The notes under the pieces: generated by a model
Database searches by the model: none
What the model was told of the DNA's origin: nothing
What the model saw: only the letters and a program-made list of their open reading frames with translations
Translations under genes and position numbers: made by a program
From: Lingula anatina
Taxonomy: Eukaryota; Animalia; Brachiopoda
Direction: 5' to 3'
DNA length: 64,000 nt
Assembly: GCA_051362555.1 (NCBI GenBank)
Contig: CM120642.1
Coordinates: 17,794,001 to 17,858,000 of the forward strand
In this document: positions 12,301 to 24,400 of the stretch, piece by piece
Layout of the letters: every line of letters begins with the position of its first letter
How positions within the stretch are numbered: the stretch's first letter is position 1

Positions 12301-15300
12301 GACAGCGTTTTTTATTCACACCAAATTATATGAAATTTCAAATCACCACAAACTACACTTCCGTTGCTTTAAATTTCAGCATTCTTCCCGAATCTTTCCG
12401 ATGGCTGTTGTCAAGACGCCGCACCGAAGAAGCAGAGAAATTGATCCGATCAGTTTCTATGACAAATATCAACTCTGAGCCTGATGATGAGACCATTAAG
12501 TCTGTGATAGAGGACAAAGAAGAGACGAGTGTCTCCTCTCGAACATATACCCCTATAGACATGGTGCGGACTTGGAAACGAGCCGCACTGACGGCAAATG
12601 TGTGCTTCAACTGGTGAGACAAAATTCTAGTTACCTCTTCTTTTGTAACGCCACTGTTTGTATTTTTTTAATTTGCATTTATTAAAATAAGATCTCCATT
12701 TGATATGGAAATAGGGCATGAGGGATTTAGAAGAGATTTACCACTTTTATGGAAATGATATTGTACTTATTGGTAAAAGTGCATGACCTCCTGTTTATTG
12801 AATAACCTGTCTTTAGAGATGGACGGGTTTGATGCTTGTATACGACACTAAGACATGAAAGAGGTGGGTAGACCTAGATTTACGTATACGTGCTGCAGAT
12901 TTGCCTGATAGAGATCCCATCCTTCCGTCGACATTTTGTAATTTAAAGGATATAGATTGTTGAATTTTCAACTGAATGTATCAGTCGGACTTATTATACC
13001 CGTTACCTCTGTACGAGGTATGGTACATTAGAGATACTACATCTTGAGTTTTGATTAATTTAAAGATATCTGAAACCGTATATCAGCCATATATGGTATC
13101 TTTCTTTCGGGTATTGTTCTGACAGCCAAATCAATAGAAAGAACAGAGGTATTTTAGTTTAAGGTCAACAGAGAAAGTACACTGTAACCAAAATTCTGGT
13201 GGCAACAAAGCAACTCATTAGCTTATAAAATGATAACCCGCCTTTTTAATTTTAACTTTGCAATCACGTGGGCACCATAGTTTCTACAGGTTCAAATTGG
13301 GTCGGTAAGAGCGGAAACAGCAATGAAACTGTACTTTGAAAAATTCAGATTTAGGATATTGTTAACCTTCGCCCAAAACGCCTTATTTAGTACCTTACAT
13401 GCATTTTTTTTTTTTTTTGGGGGGGGGGGGGTAATAGGTAAATCTTTAGTGATAAGTGACTAAATAAATTTAAATTTACACGTTTGTGATCATACGGGTG
13501 AGATTTTGGGAGAAAAACTGAAAAAACAGTTTCTCGCATTTTTCTTTTACCTGCGCACCCACGATCACCGTTTTAACGCCGATTTAATGGCACTATTTAG
13601 TGTTCTAAAGCCCTGCCATCGATTTTTCTTAGAAACCTTATTTTCAGTATCTGGATGATAACAAAGGGTTACAATGCCCTTAAAGAAGACATTTTTAGAT
13701 AGTACTATATCTATACAGTCAAGACAGTGGGGTCGTGTCCATGCATCTCAGTCTATCGGCTGACCTCTAACTGAACTGTTGAAGCAATTTATCATTTAGC
13801 CAAGCGGTCAAATTTTAAGTCTTTGTTTGATTGATATAGCGTTTTTTTCTTTTTGTTAAGGATGGTAAACGGCATGGTATACTACGGTTTGGCACTAAAC
13901 TCCGAGGGATTGGGTGGTGATCTCTACCTCAACTTCACACTGATGGGGGCCATTGAATTTCCTGCCTACACTCTGGCTGTTTTCCTCATCGACAAAATTG
14001 GCAGAAGAAAGTCATTGACGGGATTTATGGTGCTTGGAGGGGTGGCTTGCATTGTTTCCGGGTCTCTTCCTTCGGGTAAGTTATGCACTGTCACTGCATA
14101 CGTGAATAAGCCATTGTATTCCGTTCGATTAATAAACATTAAATTACGTTGTCGGTTGGTTAAACTTAATCAATATCTGATATGACTGCATGCCTTTCTA
14201 GAACCGTGATTTAACAGTTGGAAAGATATCACAAGTTCATGCAGTACATCACGCAGTTATCGTTTTCTAATTCTAGTATTAAATGACAAGCAGGTCACAT
14301 CTGCTACAGCACATTTTTGTCTGCCACTTAGCAAAATAGATTTTTTAGCATATTTGTTGCAAATTTGCAGCTAACTAAACAGTTTGAAAAAAAACTATTT
14401 GGAGGTTGTTGCAAGAAAAAATTGTTGCTGCAAATGTGTTATATATCACATATTTTATATCACATATATATTTTAGATTTGCTGCAAATTCTAAGAACAT
14501 TAAAAGTTTGCGGCAAGTTTGCAAGAAGACTTCATGTCCTTTTAAATTAAAGGCAGGGCCTCATCTGTATGGTAATAATTCCTTCCTAAAAATTTGTAGC
14601 AAATATGTGGCAACAGTTTGCCAGAAACCTAATTTTTTGCTTAGGGGCATTGAAAGCTCTCTCAACCACACACACACACACACACACACACACTGGTTGT
14701 AGGGCGGTACTATTCAAGAGGCGACATTAATCTGATATATTGCTTAAACAAACATTCCTTCGACTCCATAAAGACACAGTTGCATTGGGTAAGATACTTA
14801 TATCTGTTATATATCACATTATATTTTTAGATTTACATTGGTTAATAGTAACGCTGGCAATACTTGGTAAGATGGGTATCTCTGCATCATTTGTGGTAAT
14901 CTATGTGGTGACAGCGGAGGTTTATCCAACAGTAATGAGGTAAGTCTTTCTGAACCAGTAATACACTCACCTCTGATTTTGTGTAGTAGAACAAACTAAA
15001 AAAACAGCGAGGTTTTCAAACGAATTTTACTCTGGAAAAAACTTTTTCAAGTGTATATCTTTACGAATTTGGAGGAGCCAAATTAAAGTCGTGATTATGC
15101 GTAAGCTAAACTGAAAATATTTCAACTTGATATTTAAATACTTTTCAATTATAATTCGTAATTCTGATTAATGATTACTTTTCCAGAATCATAGCCCTGG
15201 GGTTGGCCTCTACTTTTGCCAGAGTTGGCAGCGCCTTGGCACCGCAGGTTGTTTTACTGAAGGAACCAATTGCTGCACTGCCTTTTATCATCCTTGGAGC

Positions 15301-15710
15301 AGAATCAATCATCGCTGGACTGCTGTCACTTCTGTTACCTGAGACTGTGCGCAGAGATCTCCCGCAGAATCTAGAGGAATTCGACAACTTGTTGGCGTCT
15401 CCCAGGTTGTAAATATTAATAGGGTACAACGTGAATACGAAAGGGTTACAAAAGTTATGTCTAGAAGTAAGGAAAGGTATCAATATATACGTAAACGAAA
15501 TCCCAGTAGCTTTTACTTTTAAGATAATCTTTTACGTTTTAGAAAACGTAATTGAAACTTACATTTTTTATATTCATTTACACTTTCAGAGAGTACGAAG
15601 AGACGAAGCCAAAAGAGAAAAAGGGGGATGACGAAAAGACAGACAAGGAACATAAAGAAGAAAAACACGAAAACAATAAAGAAATGGGAGAATCACAAAC
15701 AAAAATCTAA
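9384..15710 (+). CDS. SLC22-family transporter, paralog 2, 9 exons, ~573 aa: join(9384..9779,9976..10079,11194..11348,11819..11987,12380..12613,13861..14075,14831..14939,15187..15405,15590..15710)
   Basis: Internal exon sizes and motifs match paralog 1; GT-AG introns; open frame of 1722 nt. Ends ...ESQTKI*. Confidence 0.93.
14324..14647. mobile_element. Degenerate TIR element with TTTGC(G/T)GCAA subterminal repeats (EnSpm-like)
   Basis: CCACTTAGCAAAA / TTTTGCTTAGGGG ends; several TTGCTGCAAA and TTTGCGGCAA repeats in both orientations. Confidence 0.45.
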
Positions 15711-18120
15711 TTATCAGTGCATTCGTTATGTTAGAACGGGGGACGTATGTACACAATGTATGGCGCAATTAAGGTTCTGGCATTTGGACCAAAACATTTT
15801 GTCGGGCGCTCATACATGAACCTGAATAACCAGCATCATAAGGCAATCCTCATGAATCAAAGAATCTGCGCCCATGAGGAGTCAGATCGGAGACAAGTCA
15901 ATTAGCCCTGTCATGAAAGAACGTTACCTGAATATTGTGACGCTGCGGCATCGAAAGGTAGACGCTTGCCTTCAAATGAGTCATGACTTTATATGTGAGA
16001 AGGCACGCTCTCAAATTGGGATCATTTAGCGGAACCTTGAAACCCAGCATTTACTTTGTTCAATTGACACTTAATGCCTGAACCTTATGCTGTGAATTTA
16101 TAACTGAACGTGGTCTAAACTATTCAAGCCATGAAAAAGACTTCTGTCTAACGTCTAAAAAAGAATAAAGCAAACAAACAAACAATGCAGTGTGCTTTCT
16201 ATCAAATCAAAATTATTTATTATTCTAGTCAGCTTCCAAGATGCCAGTGTATGTACAATATATGGAAAGAATAAGTGGGATATTTGCTCTCAATTCTAGT
16301 TAGGTATGACTGTTACAGTAAGTGTTTGTTGACGCTGTGAACATTGTCTCTCAACTTCTAAAACAGACTCCTCAGCATGTTACCCTCTTAACGAAAAGAT
16401 CGGTTTCCTTTTCTGTAAGCTGGAATATAATCATTCTTAATTCTTGGAAATAAATCTAAGTTATTTAAATAAAATACATACATTTGTCACTAGTATCTCA
16501 TCAATTGCTGTTCTACATGAACCTGATTCGAAAGGAATTTTACGTATGGCGTCTGTTAGAAAATTGGGGCTTCGTTAAAAAAACAGTCCCGAACTTTTAG
16601 GATTAGGAGTACGTAAAAGTTTATTATACGTTTATTATATCTCATAAAAGACCCAAAATACAAGACAATATTTTTTCTCAATCGTTCAAATTATTCTTTG
16701 AAACTGATTTCCATTGTGCTTTGCCCCATTTAGTTATTTTGGTCATATATACTACTGGGGTTACATGCATCTGACTAAGTATGCTCCATTTTCTACTCTG
16801 GATTAATTTGGGGGAAAATTTAACAATTTTGTTTCCAAATACTGAAGTTTTGATTGCAACACTGACTTAAGGTAATTCAGAAGTTCTAAAAAGTGTATTG
16901 GATTGAAAATAAAATAAAATAATAATATTAACGAAAAATCCAAATATTGCATATTGGAATGTTTGAAAAACCTTCATACATGTGCGTACATATATTATAC
17001 CTAAATATCTCACTCTGTGCAAATGATGTATATAGATTCAAAGAACGAAACTGTATTCCATCATGACCATGAAATAAACAAATCAAAAATGATTTTGAGC
17101 TAATTGGTGATATTACATAAAGAAATATACAAAACTTACACAGCGAAAACCCTACCAATTTGAATGATGCTTCAACAAACTTATCAAGAATGAGAAAAAG
17201 CATGATTCTCTATTCTAAAAACACAAAAGGGATACAAAAAACACAAGAGATGGGGAAACCTTCTGTACCTAGTACATACAGTGTACTAGTTTTCAGTAAT
17301 GAATTTCTTCATGAAAAACCCACACTATGAAATAAAACTCATGTGTATGTTTAACTAGTAAATGCCTTTGAATTTCTTATTTGATAACGATTGAAATATT
17401 TAAATTTTGGTGAAATGCAGAATCTTGCAGTCATAGTAATAAGAACACTGGTTAACGTTTTAACATTTGAGATTCAGAGAAGTGGATTACAGATATCAAC
17501 CCTATTTCTCCCATTTCGTTTTGAAACAACCAAACCAGCATTTTTTTTTATTTTGGGGGGGGGGGGGTGAAATCTTAAATGGCTACCTTCATTTGACAAC
17601 TTGCAGTTTCCAGGCTCTAGAGTGTAATTTTTTTTTCTTATTTAGTTTTTTTTTTTTTTTTTTTTTTTTTTTGCCATCCTTTTCTAAATTTTTCACTTGA
17701 GTTAGCCATTGAAGGTTGCCTGTACATTCTGTGCTTTTAGTATTCTCTCACTTTTAAAAAGGCAAAATATTAAAATTTAGGTTGATATTAGTAAAAATGC
17801 AATGCTGTTACAATAATGCTGTTCAGTTTTCTAGTATAATAATTATAATAATTGTAAGTCAGTATTCTGTACAAGAGTTGTATATATAAACCTGTATATA
17901 AAAATATAATAAAAAGTTTGCAATTCAAGTCTATAATTCTATTTCATACATGTATGATTCTTGATTTCTCCTCAACAATATATTAAAAACTATTCCCTTG
18001 TCTCTAAAATGCAATACCTAAATAGGTAAATGTGCAATTATATACTGGTGGTTCTAGTATTACAACTGAAACCACTATACACCTTTCTTAAAATGTTAAA
18101 AAAATTGTCTCATTTAAAGC

Positions 18121-18326
18121 TCACTTAGGGTTCTCAATCTGTCCTAGAACATGTTTTTCTCTTTTAATGAAAAATGTATTTAATCTGTTCTAGGACATTC
18201 TGAAAGACTTCAAAAAAAAAAAAAAAAAAGTTCTCAAACTGTTACATTCATCACAGAACAACATTGGAACCATAAAAGAAAAACAAACAAACAAATGTTG
18301 TAGAATAGATTGAGAACCGTAAGTGA
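18121..18326. mobile_element. Short TIR element in the SLC6 3'UTR
   Basis: TCACTTAGGGTTCTCAATCTGTCCTAGAACAT pairs with ATGTTGTAGAATAGATTGAGAACCGTAAGTGA. Confidence 0.7.
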
Positions 18327-18477
18327 ACATTAAAAGAAACTAATTTTTGCAGGGGAAATCTGTCCATCTGATGTAGAATTTTATATGTGCATCTAAGCCT
18401 TCAAACTGTAAAAAGTTCAGGCAAGGGCTATTGCCATTTACATTTTACTGCTTCTTTTTTAAATGCCTTGAAAATGT

Positions 18478-21400
18478 CTACATTTTGGTGGTAGCTACAG
18501 TGTCCACACTTCCTTGGTAACCTTTGTTGTCCATACCATTCTGGCCATTCATCTCTGTCATTTCAGCATATCTTCCTGTGCGGAACTGTTCGACAGCTGG
18601 ACCCCAGTCGGCCTGAGGTGAGGTGACGTCCTTCAGTGCCTAAAACATAGAATTAAAGTGCCATATGTTATGCCATTGGTAGTTTTACAAGTGAAATTAA
18701 GAGGAAGTGTTAATAGCACTACAGAGACATGTAGCTGAATGTCCTAACGAGCCATACACTGTACCAAGAATATGCAATTAAACACACTACAGGCTACATG
18801 TAAAAAAAAACATGATCACTTTTTTACTGAAATCAAGTAAAAAAAGTAACTATGGGCTGTTCTGGTGCAGGTATATATCCCTGAAGGTATGAGTCAAATA
18901 CTTAAACAAAATTGGTGCTAGTTGGGACACAAGCATTATTACACAAAACTAAGTAAATGAATAAATAAATTTATAAATAAATAAAGAATTTACCCTTCTG
19001 CACATTGAAGACTGGAGGCACTTAATCAACATGAAGAGTGGAAGCATTGCCACGGCAGCCACTACCATAAGCCAACCAATGGCCACAGCCCACGGTGGAT
19101 ACTGGTAGTCCTGGTAATACACTGGGGTATACTGGACAGACATGAATATAAGGATAGCCTGGAAAAGAAAGAAAGGAAATACTGCAGGTGTATCATTCTG
19201 AACCTGAATTGTACAACACTAGTTTATAAGATTTTCATATGCACAAGCTCTCTCTCTCTCTCTCAGAAAAAAAATGAAGTGTTTAAACAAAGAATCCAAT
19301 CAACAGTGTTAGTATCTGTTTCAAAGCAAAAAATAACTCAAAATTGAGAATCTCTAAACATTTTTGAGGAGTAGTAAAAAAAAACTTACAAGAATAAAAG
19401 CTGGTGTGACTCCCATCCACATCACTCTCCAGTAAATATTAGGCTTGAATCCCAGCATCATTTTGATGTCTTCAGCAAAGTTGTTGTATCCTTTTTAAAG
19501 AAAAACAGGGAAAATTTGAACATTAAGTTAGTAAGACATTCAGACATACTAGTATTAAAATCCAGCACCCCTTGTGCGGTATAGGAATAACAACTATTCA
19601 TTTGGGTGAGAACACACAAAATCAGCTTATTGTTTGTAACAAGGTTTAACCATTCACTTTCTAAACTGTTACAGTTGAAATCAGAGAAACTTTATGTATT
19701 CCATTGTTTCTATTAAATATTTCTGTTCTGGAAAAGCTACCTATGCAACTGAGCATCTTATACTAGGCATATAATTTTCTAAACCTTTCCTTATAACCAA
19801 CATACCATAGATCCAGTTGATTGCAATCACTTCAAACAGGCCAACTATCATGAGGGACTGGCTTGCGCAGTACCAATCAATCAAGGTGAACCAGTAAATT
19901 CCACTCTGAAAATGAATAATCACATAGATTTATGACAGATGAAAGTGATTTAAGAATGGAAAGAAATGAAAATGGATGGGTGTAAACAGAGGAAAATATA
20001 ACTACATTCTGAAAAAACACATTTTGTATGCATAATACAACATATATACATATGGTAATAACTCAATCTTTTCCATGAGGTAAAAATTTGAATTTTACAG
20101 ATTCTGTATTTTTTTATCTCGTAATTTCTTAAAATCAGAACATTTCTGTTAAGTGGTAGCAACAAAATTAAAAAGCAGGCTACTCTATAGATCTATTCCT
20201 TGTAGTAAAAGCACCATAAATACCATTAATAATACAAAAATATAATATTGTGCTTATAAGATTATGTGTCTGAAAGTTTGATAACAATTGCCAATTGAAA
20301 AGACCGAGTCATTACTGTAGATCTTTGATCAACAGACAAGGTGCTTGATTGTCAGGGGCGGATCCAGAGATATTTTCTGGTAGCCTTCCAAATTATTTTT
20401 GTTGATCCATCCTCCATTTTTGACTGTATGCCAACAGAAAAAAAATAGATATCCGTAAATGTAAACTTGAAAATCTGACCGTATTCTGGAAGACCCAGAA
20501 GACTGCCTCAATCTGCCCCTGATTGTGTTCATCTATAATAACTTACATTTAGGACCATAGGCAAACCAAGGAGGAACCATACGACACAAATAAGGGCAAA
20601 GAAAATAGTGTGATGTTTCCTCAAAAATGGGTACTCATCTGACAAACCACTCAACACAACATCTGTCATAGCAAACTGGAAATATAATAAGAAAATATTA
20701 AAATCCTGTCAATGCAAATAAATGCTGTTTTTGGCATTAACATGAAAACTGGAAAATTTTTAGTTTCAAAATTTATTCTAGTGGCTGACTGGGCATCCTG
20801 AACTAGTAATTTTGATGAATGTCAAAGGTGATTCTTCATAATGTATTAAATTGCGATAAAAACAGTAAATATGCAGTGGGCACAATTAATATTAAACATA
20901 TATTGTTTGTAATTATTAAGAAAATAGCCACAGCTGAAATCATGCAGTTAGAATGATTGCCTCTTTACTGTAATTCCGCAATGCTTCTACTATGGTGCTA
21001 TTTCATTTACTATTCTATTAAATGAATGAATCCGTTTTTACATTCAACAATTTTTGCAGCATACACTGTATCACCCTTCTTCTTAGTGAAGTATCTTAAA
21101 AAAAAGCAGTCTGCTTCTCTTTTAATTCTATGCAGACATGTCCATCTTTTATTAAGGTGTGTAATTTTTACTCCTTTTGCCATACAATCCCTTCCCCTTT
21201 AGTAAATCCATGGACACAACAAGCACCATCCATCTACAAACCTGACTGTCCAATCCAAGGGTCAGTAACATCAAGAAGAACAGAATGGACCACAGGGGAG
21301 CCACAGGCATCCTGGCAATACCCTCTGGGTAGACCACAAAGGCCAAACCAGGCCCGCTTGTGGCCACCTTCTCCACAGGGAGTCCGGCATCATAGGCCAT

Positions 21401-24400
21401 GAAGCCAATGACAGAGAAGATGACAAAGCCAGCAAACACACTGGTGCAACAGTTGATAATGGCCACTATCAGGGCATCTCTGGAAGTCAAGAAAATGGAT
21501 CAATTCAAATACTACATGTAAACTTAACTTCTGTGATTATCCCTCTTCGTCCCCTCTCAAATAAATAAATAAATGAATAAATAAATATATAGAAATAAAA
21601 AAAGGAAAGAAAAAAAAGCTGCCTAGGTTATTTGCTGTTCCCCTTTCAAGGTTCTTGAGCACTGTTTTAAAAATCGAAAGCTGCACAGCATTTATGTTTG
21701 TAACATGTAGTACAAAAAGCTTCAATATAAATCTTAATGAATACTGGCTAGAGAAATACTTCATAATTTGAAATAAGTCTTAGTCTTTAATGGATGAAAT
21801 GGTCAAAGAGTGCTACCTGTAACAGTTATTGTGGAACTTGTTGTAACTGGACATGGTGTGCAAAGCTCCAAAGGCCACACCCAAAGAATAGAAAATTTGT
21901 GTTGCTGCATCTCCCCAGACCTATGAAAATGTACAAGAAAGAAAAATATATTGTCAAAAAGTCATCAAAATTAAAGCTTGAGATCTAAATTTTTAACTCG
22001 TTTCACATCAGGTTTAATTAGAACCCAGAAAAAGTCAATGTCAATCTCTTGATGAGCAGACAACTAAGGAGCACCATGAAGGACTATTATCACGGCTTCT
22101 CTACATCAAATATAATATAAACCAGCAGGTGTCATATTAGTTATTGAACAGTTGTTGCTGCATGTAATGCATATTTATATGTACCTGAGCTGTCAGCAGT
22201 TTATCCCACTTGGGAGTGATGTAGAAAAGAATACCATCCAAAGCGCCATCTAGGGTGCATCCTCTAACCAGCAGAATAACCAGCACAACATAGGGAAAGG
22301 TAGCTGTCACATACACCACCTGTAATTATAGATACATACTAGTAGCTTTTGAAACATGAAGGATACATACAATGTATGACAAGAGTCTGTAAAAATTAAC
22401 AGAAATGCTATGTAAAACAGTTTGCCAGTGTTGGCTTATTTAATTTTTGGGTTATTATAGCAATTTTTGCAGTGTTATTCAATTACAAGCTATAAATTCC
22501 AATATTTAATACCCTTTGTACAAAACACTTTAACCAAACGCACTACTTTTCTAATACTAGGAATTAGAAAGAAAACAGTATTTTGGGGAAAGATGATAAT
22601 TCACTCTTGTTTGTATCCAGTAAAAAATAACCATTATTTGTTAATGAAAAGGGCCTACCTTGCCAGAGGACTTGATTCCTTTGATAAGACACAGGTAGAT
22701 GATGATCCAGGCCAGAAGCAAGCACAAAGCCAGTTGCCAGCGAATAGTTCCAGTTTCATCAATTCCAGTAGATCGCTGCAGGACATAGTTACTGTAGAGG
22801 AAAGTGAGATTATATTAAGTTAATTTTATTGTTAAATACATTTAAAAATTTAAATTACTACTACTAAATTTCACCTAGGCAGCATAATTTAATTTAAATT
22901 ATCTCATAATTTACTATTATGTTGCAGAGGGAAATGTAAAGTGGAAGATATTCTGAAGTTTTATACCCTTAAGATACACTTATAGCGCTTTTCATTTATT
23001 GCCATGGATTAACAGCAGACCAACTTCAAACAATCAGTAGCAAGTTTGCTAGAGACACACAATGGCCATAAGGTTATTATGCAGTAAAAAATAAAATTAT
23101 TCTTAATATATTACTGTCTTTATTATTTTTTCCTAGAAATTACAGCATGTTTTCTCTAATCACCGATGCAAAGTCTAATTTATCTTCAAGTTGGTAAATG
23201 TACACGTTTGTCAGTATTAATAAATTGTTTAACTTACTCCCAATACTCTTCACTAGGGGTGACTGGCTTGTACACGGTGCAGTTGCTGGTGACATTAAGT
23301 GTGGCATTACACCATGTAACTGCAATAAAAAATATATATGAAATCTTTGAAAATGTTTTTGTGTTTTTAAACACTTAAAAATTGTTGAAGAGGGATGCAA
23401 AATGCACAAATTGAATATCATGCAAATATTTATCACTCCTGGTAATAGCTGGTCCATCATTAAAGGGAAAAATCTATAGATTTTACAATCTTTTTAGGCA
23501 TTTCAATATGAGGTCGATGGAAATGTGCATAAAACATACAGTTAGCTTTATCATGTCTGTACATCTTCAATTATGTCTTATCATATCAGATAAATCTGTA
23601 TACCTATTCCAAAGCGTGATGAAGCTTCTGAGCCATTGCCGCCTTTGAACTTGGTTACACAATTCGGGGTGTTCCACTCGTGGTCACAGGTCTGCCATGG
23701 CAGCTCAGACGTGAACGACGCAAATAAGTAGAACAGTGCCCAGGCAATGATGACGTTGTAATAGACTGCCACCAGGCCACTGATGATCACCATAGCAAAT
23801 CCCAAACCTGAAACGGAGAGGAAATATGTGTATCATCAAAGAATACTGATATATTGGATTACTTCACTAGTGCAAATTATCCAAATCCTATGGTTTTGAT
23901 GAAGCTATTGTCAAAAAACTTAAACTTAAATGCAACACTTAAAATTATACCTGAATCAAAAAAGGCAGCCTTTTCTTGAAATCATATGTGGTATTTATTA
24001 TTTTCTTGTTCCTTTTTTTTTTTTACAAAATACTTATTTTACAATTAGTACTTTTATTATATTGAATACTACTTATTAATATAAACTCTTACCTTTGAAG
24101 AATGGGTTTATTCTCCAAATGGTGATGGGTCCAAGAGATGCAAACTGACCAAAGGACAACTCCAAGAAAAACAAGGGTAATCCAGCACAAAACAACATAA
24201 TGGCATACGGAATGAGAAAGGCACCTAAAAAATGAATAGGCATTTTTTAAAAAAATGGATTCAGTAGTGCTGCTTGTGCATATTTAAGTTGTAGTAATAC
24301 TTGACTTTTTTAGAGATTGGCACAACGTGATAAAGTAAATGGCAATAAAAGTACTACTTCTGATAATTAAATAAAATTGATAATACATATATGTCTTCAA

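Noticed and set aside
13175-13683. Possible TTAA-type TIR element (CTGTAACC / GGTTACAATGCCCTTAA)
   Set aside because: The left terminus is too degenerate to define.
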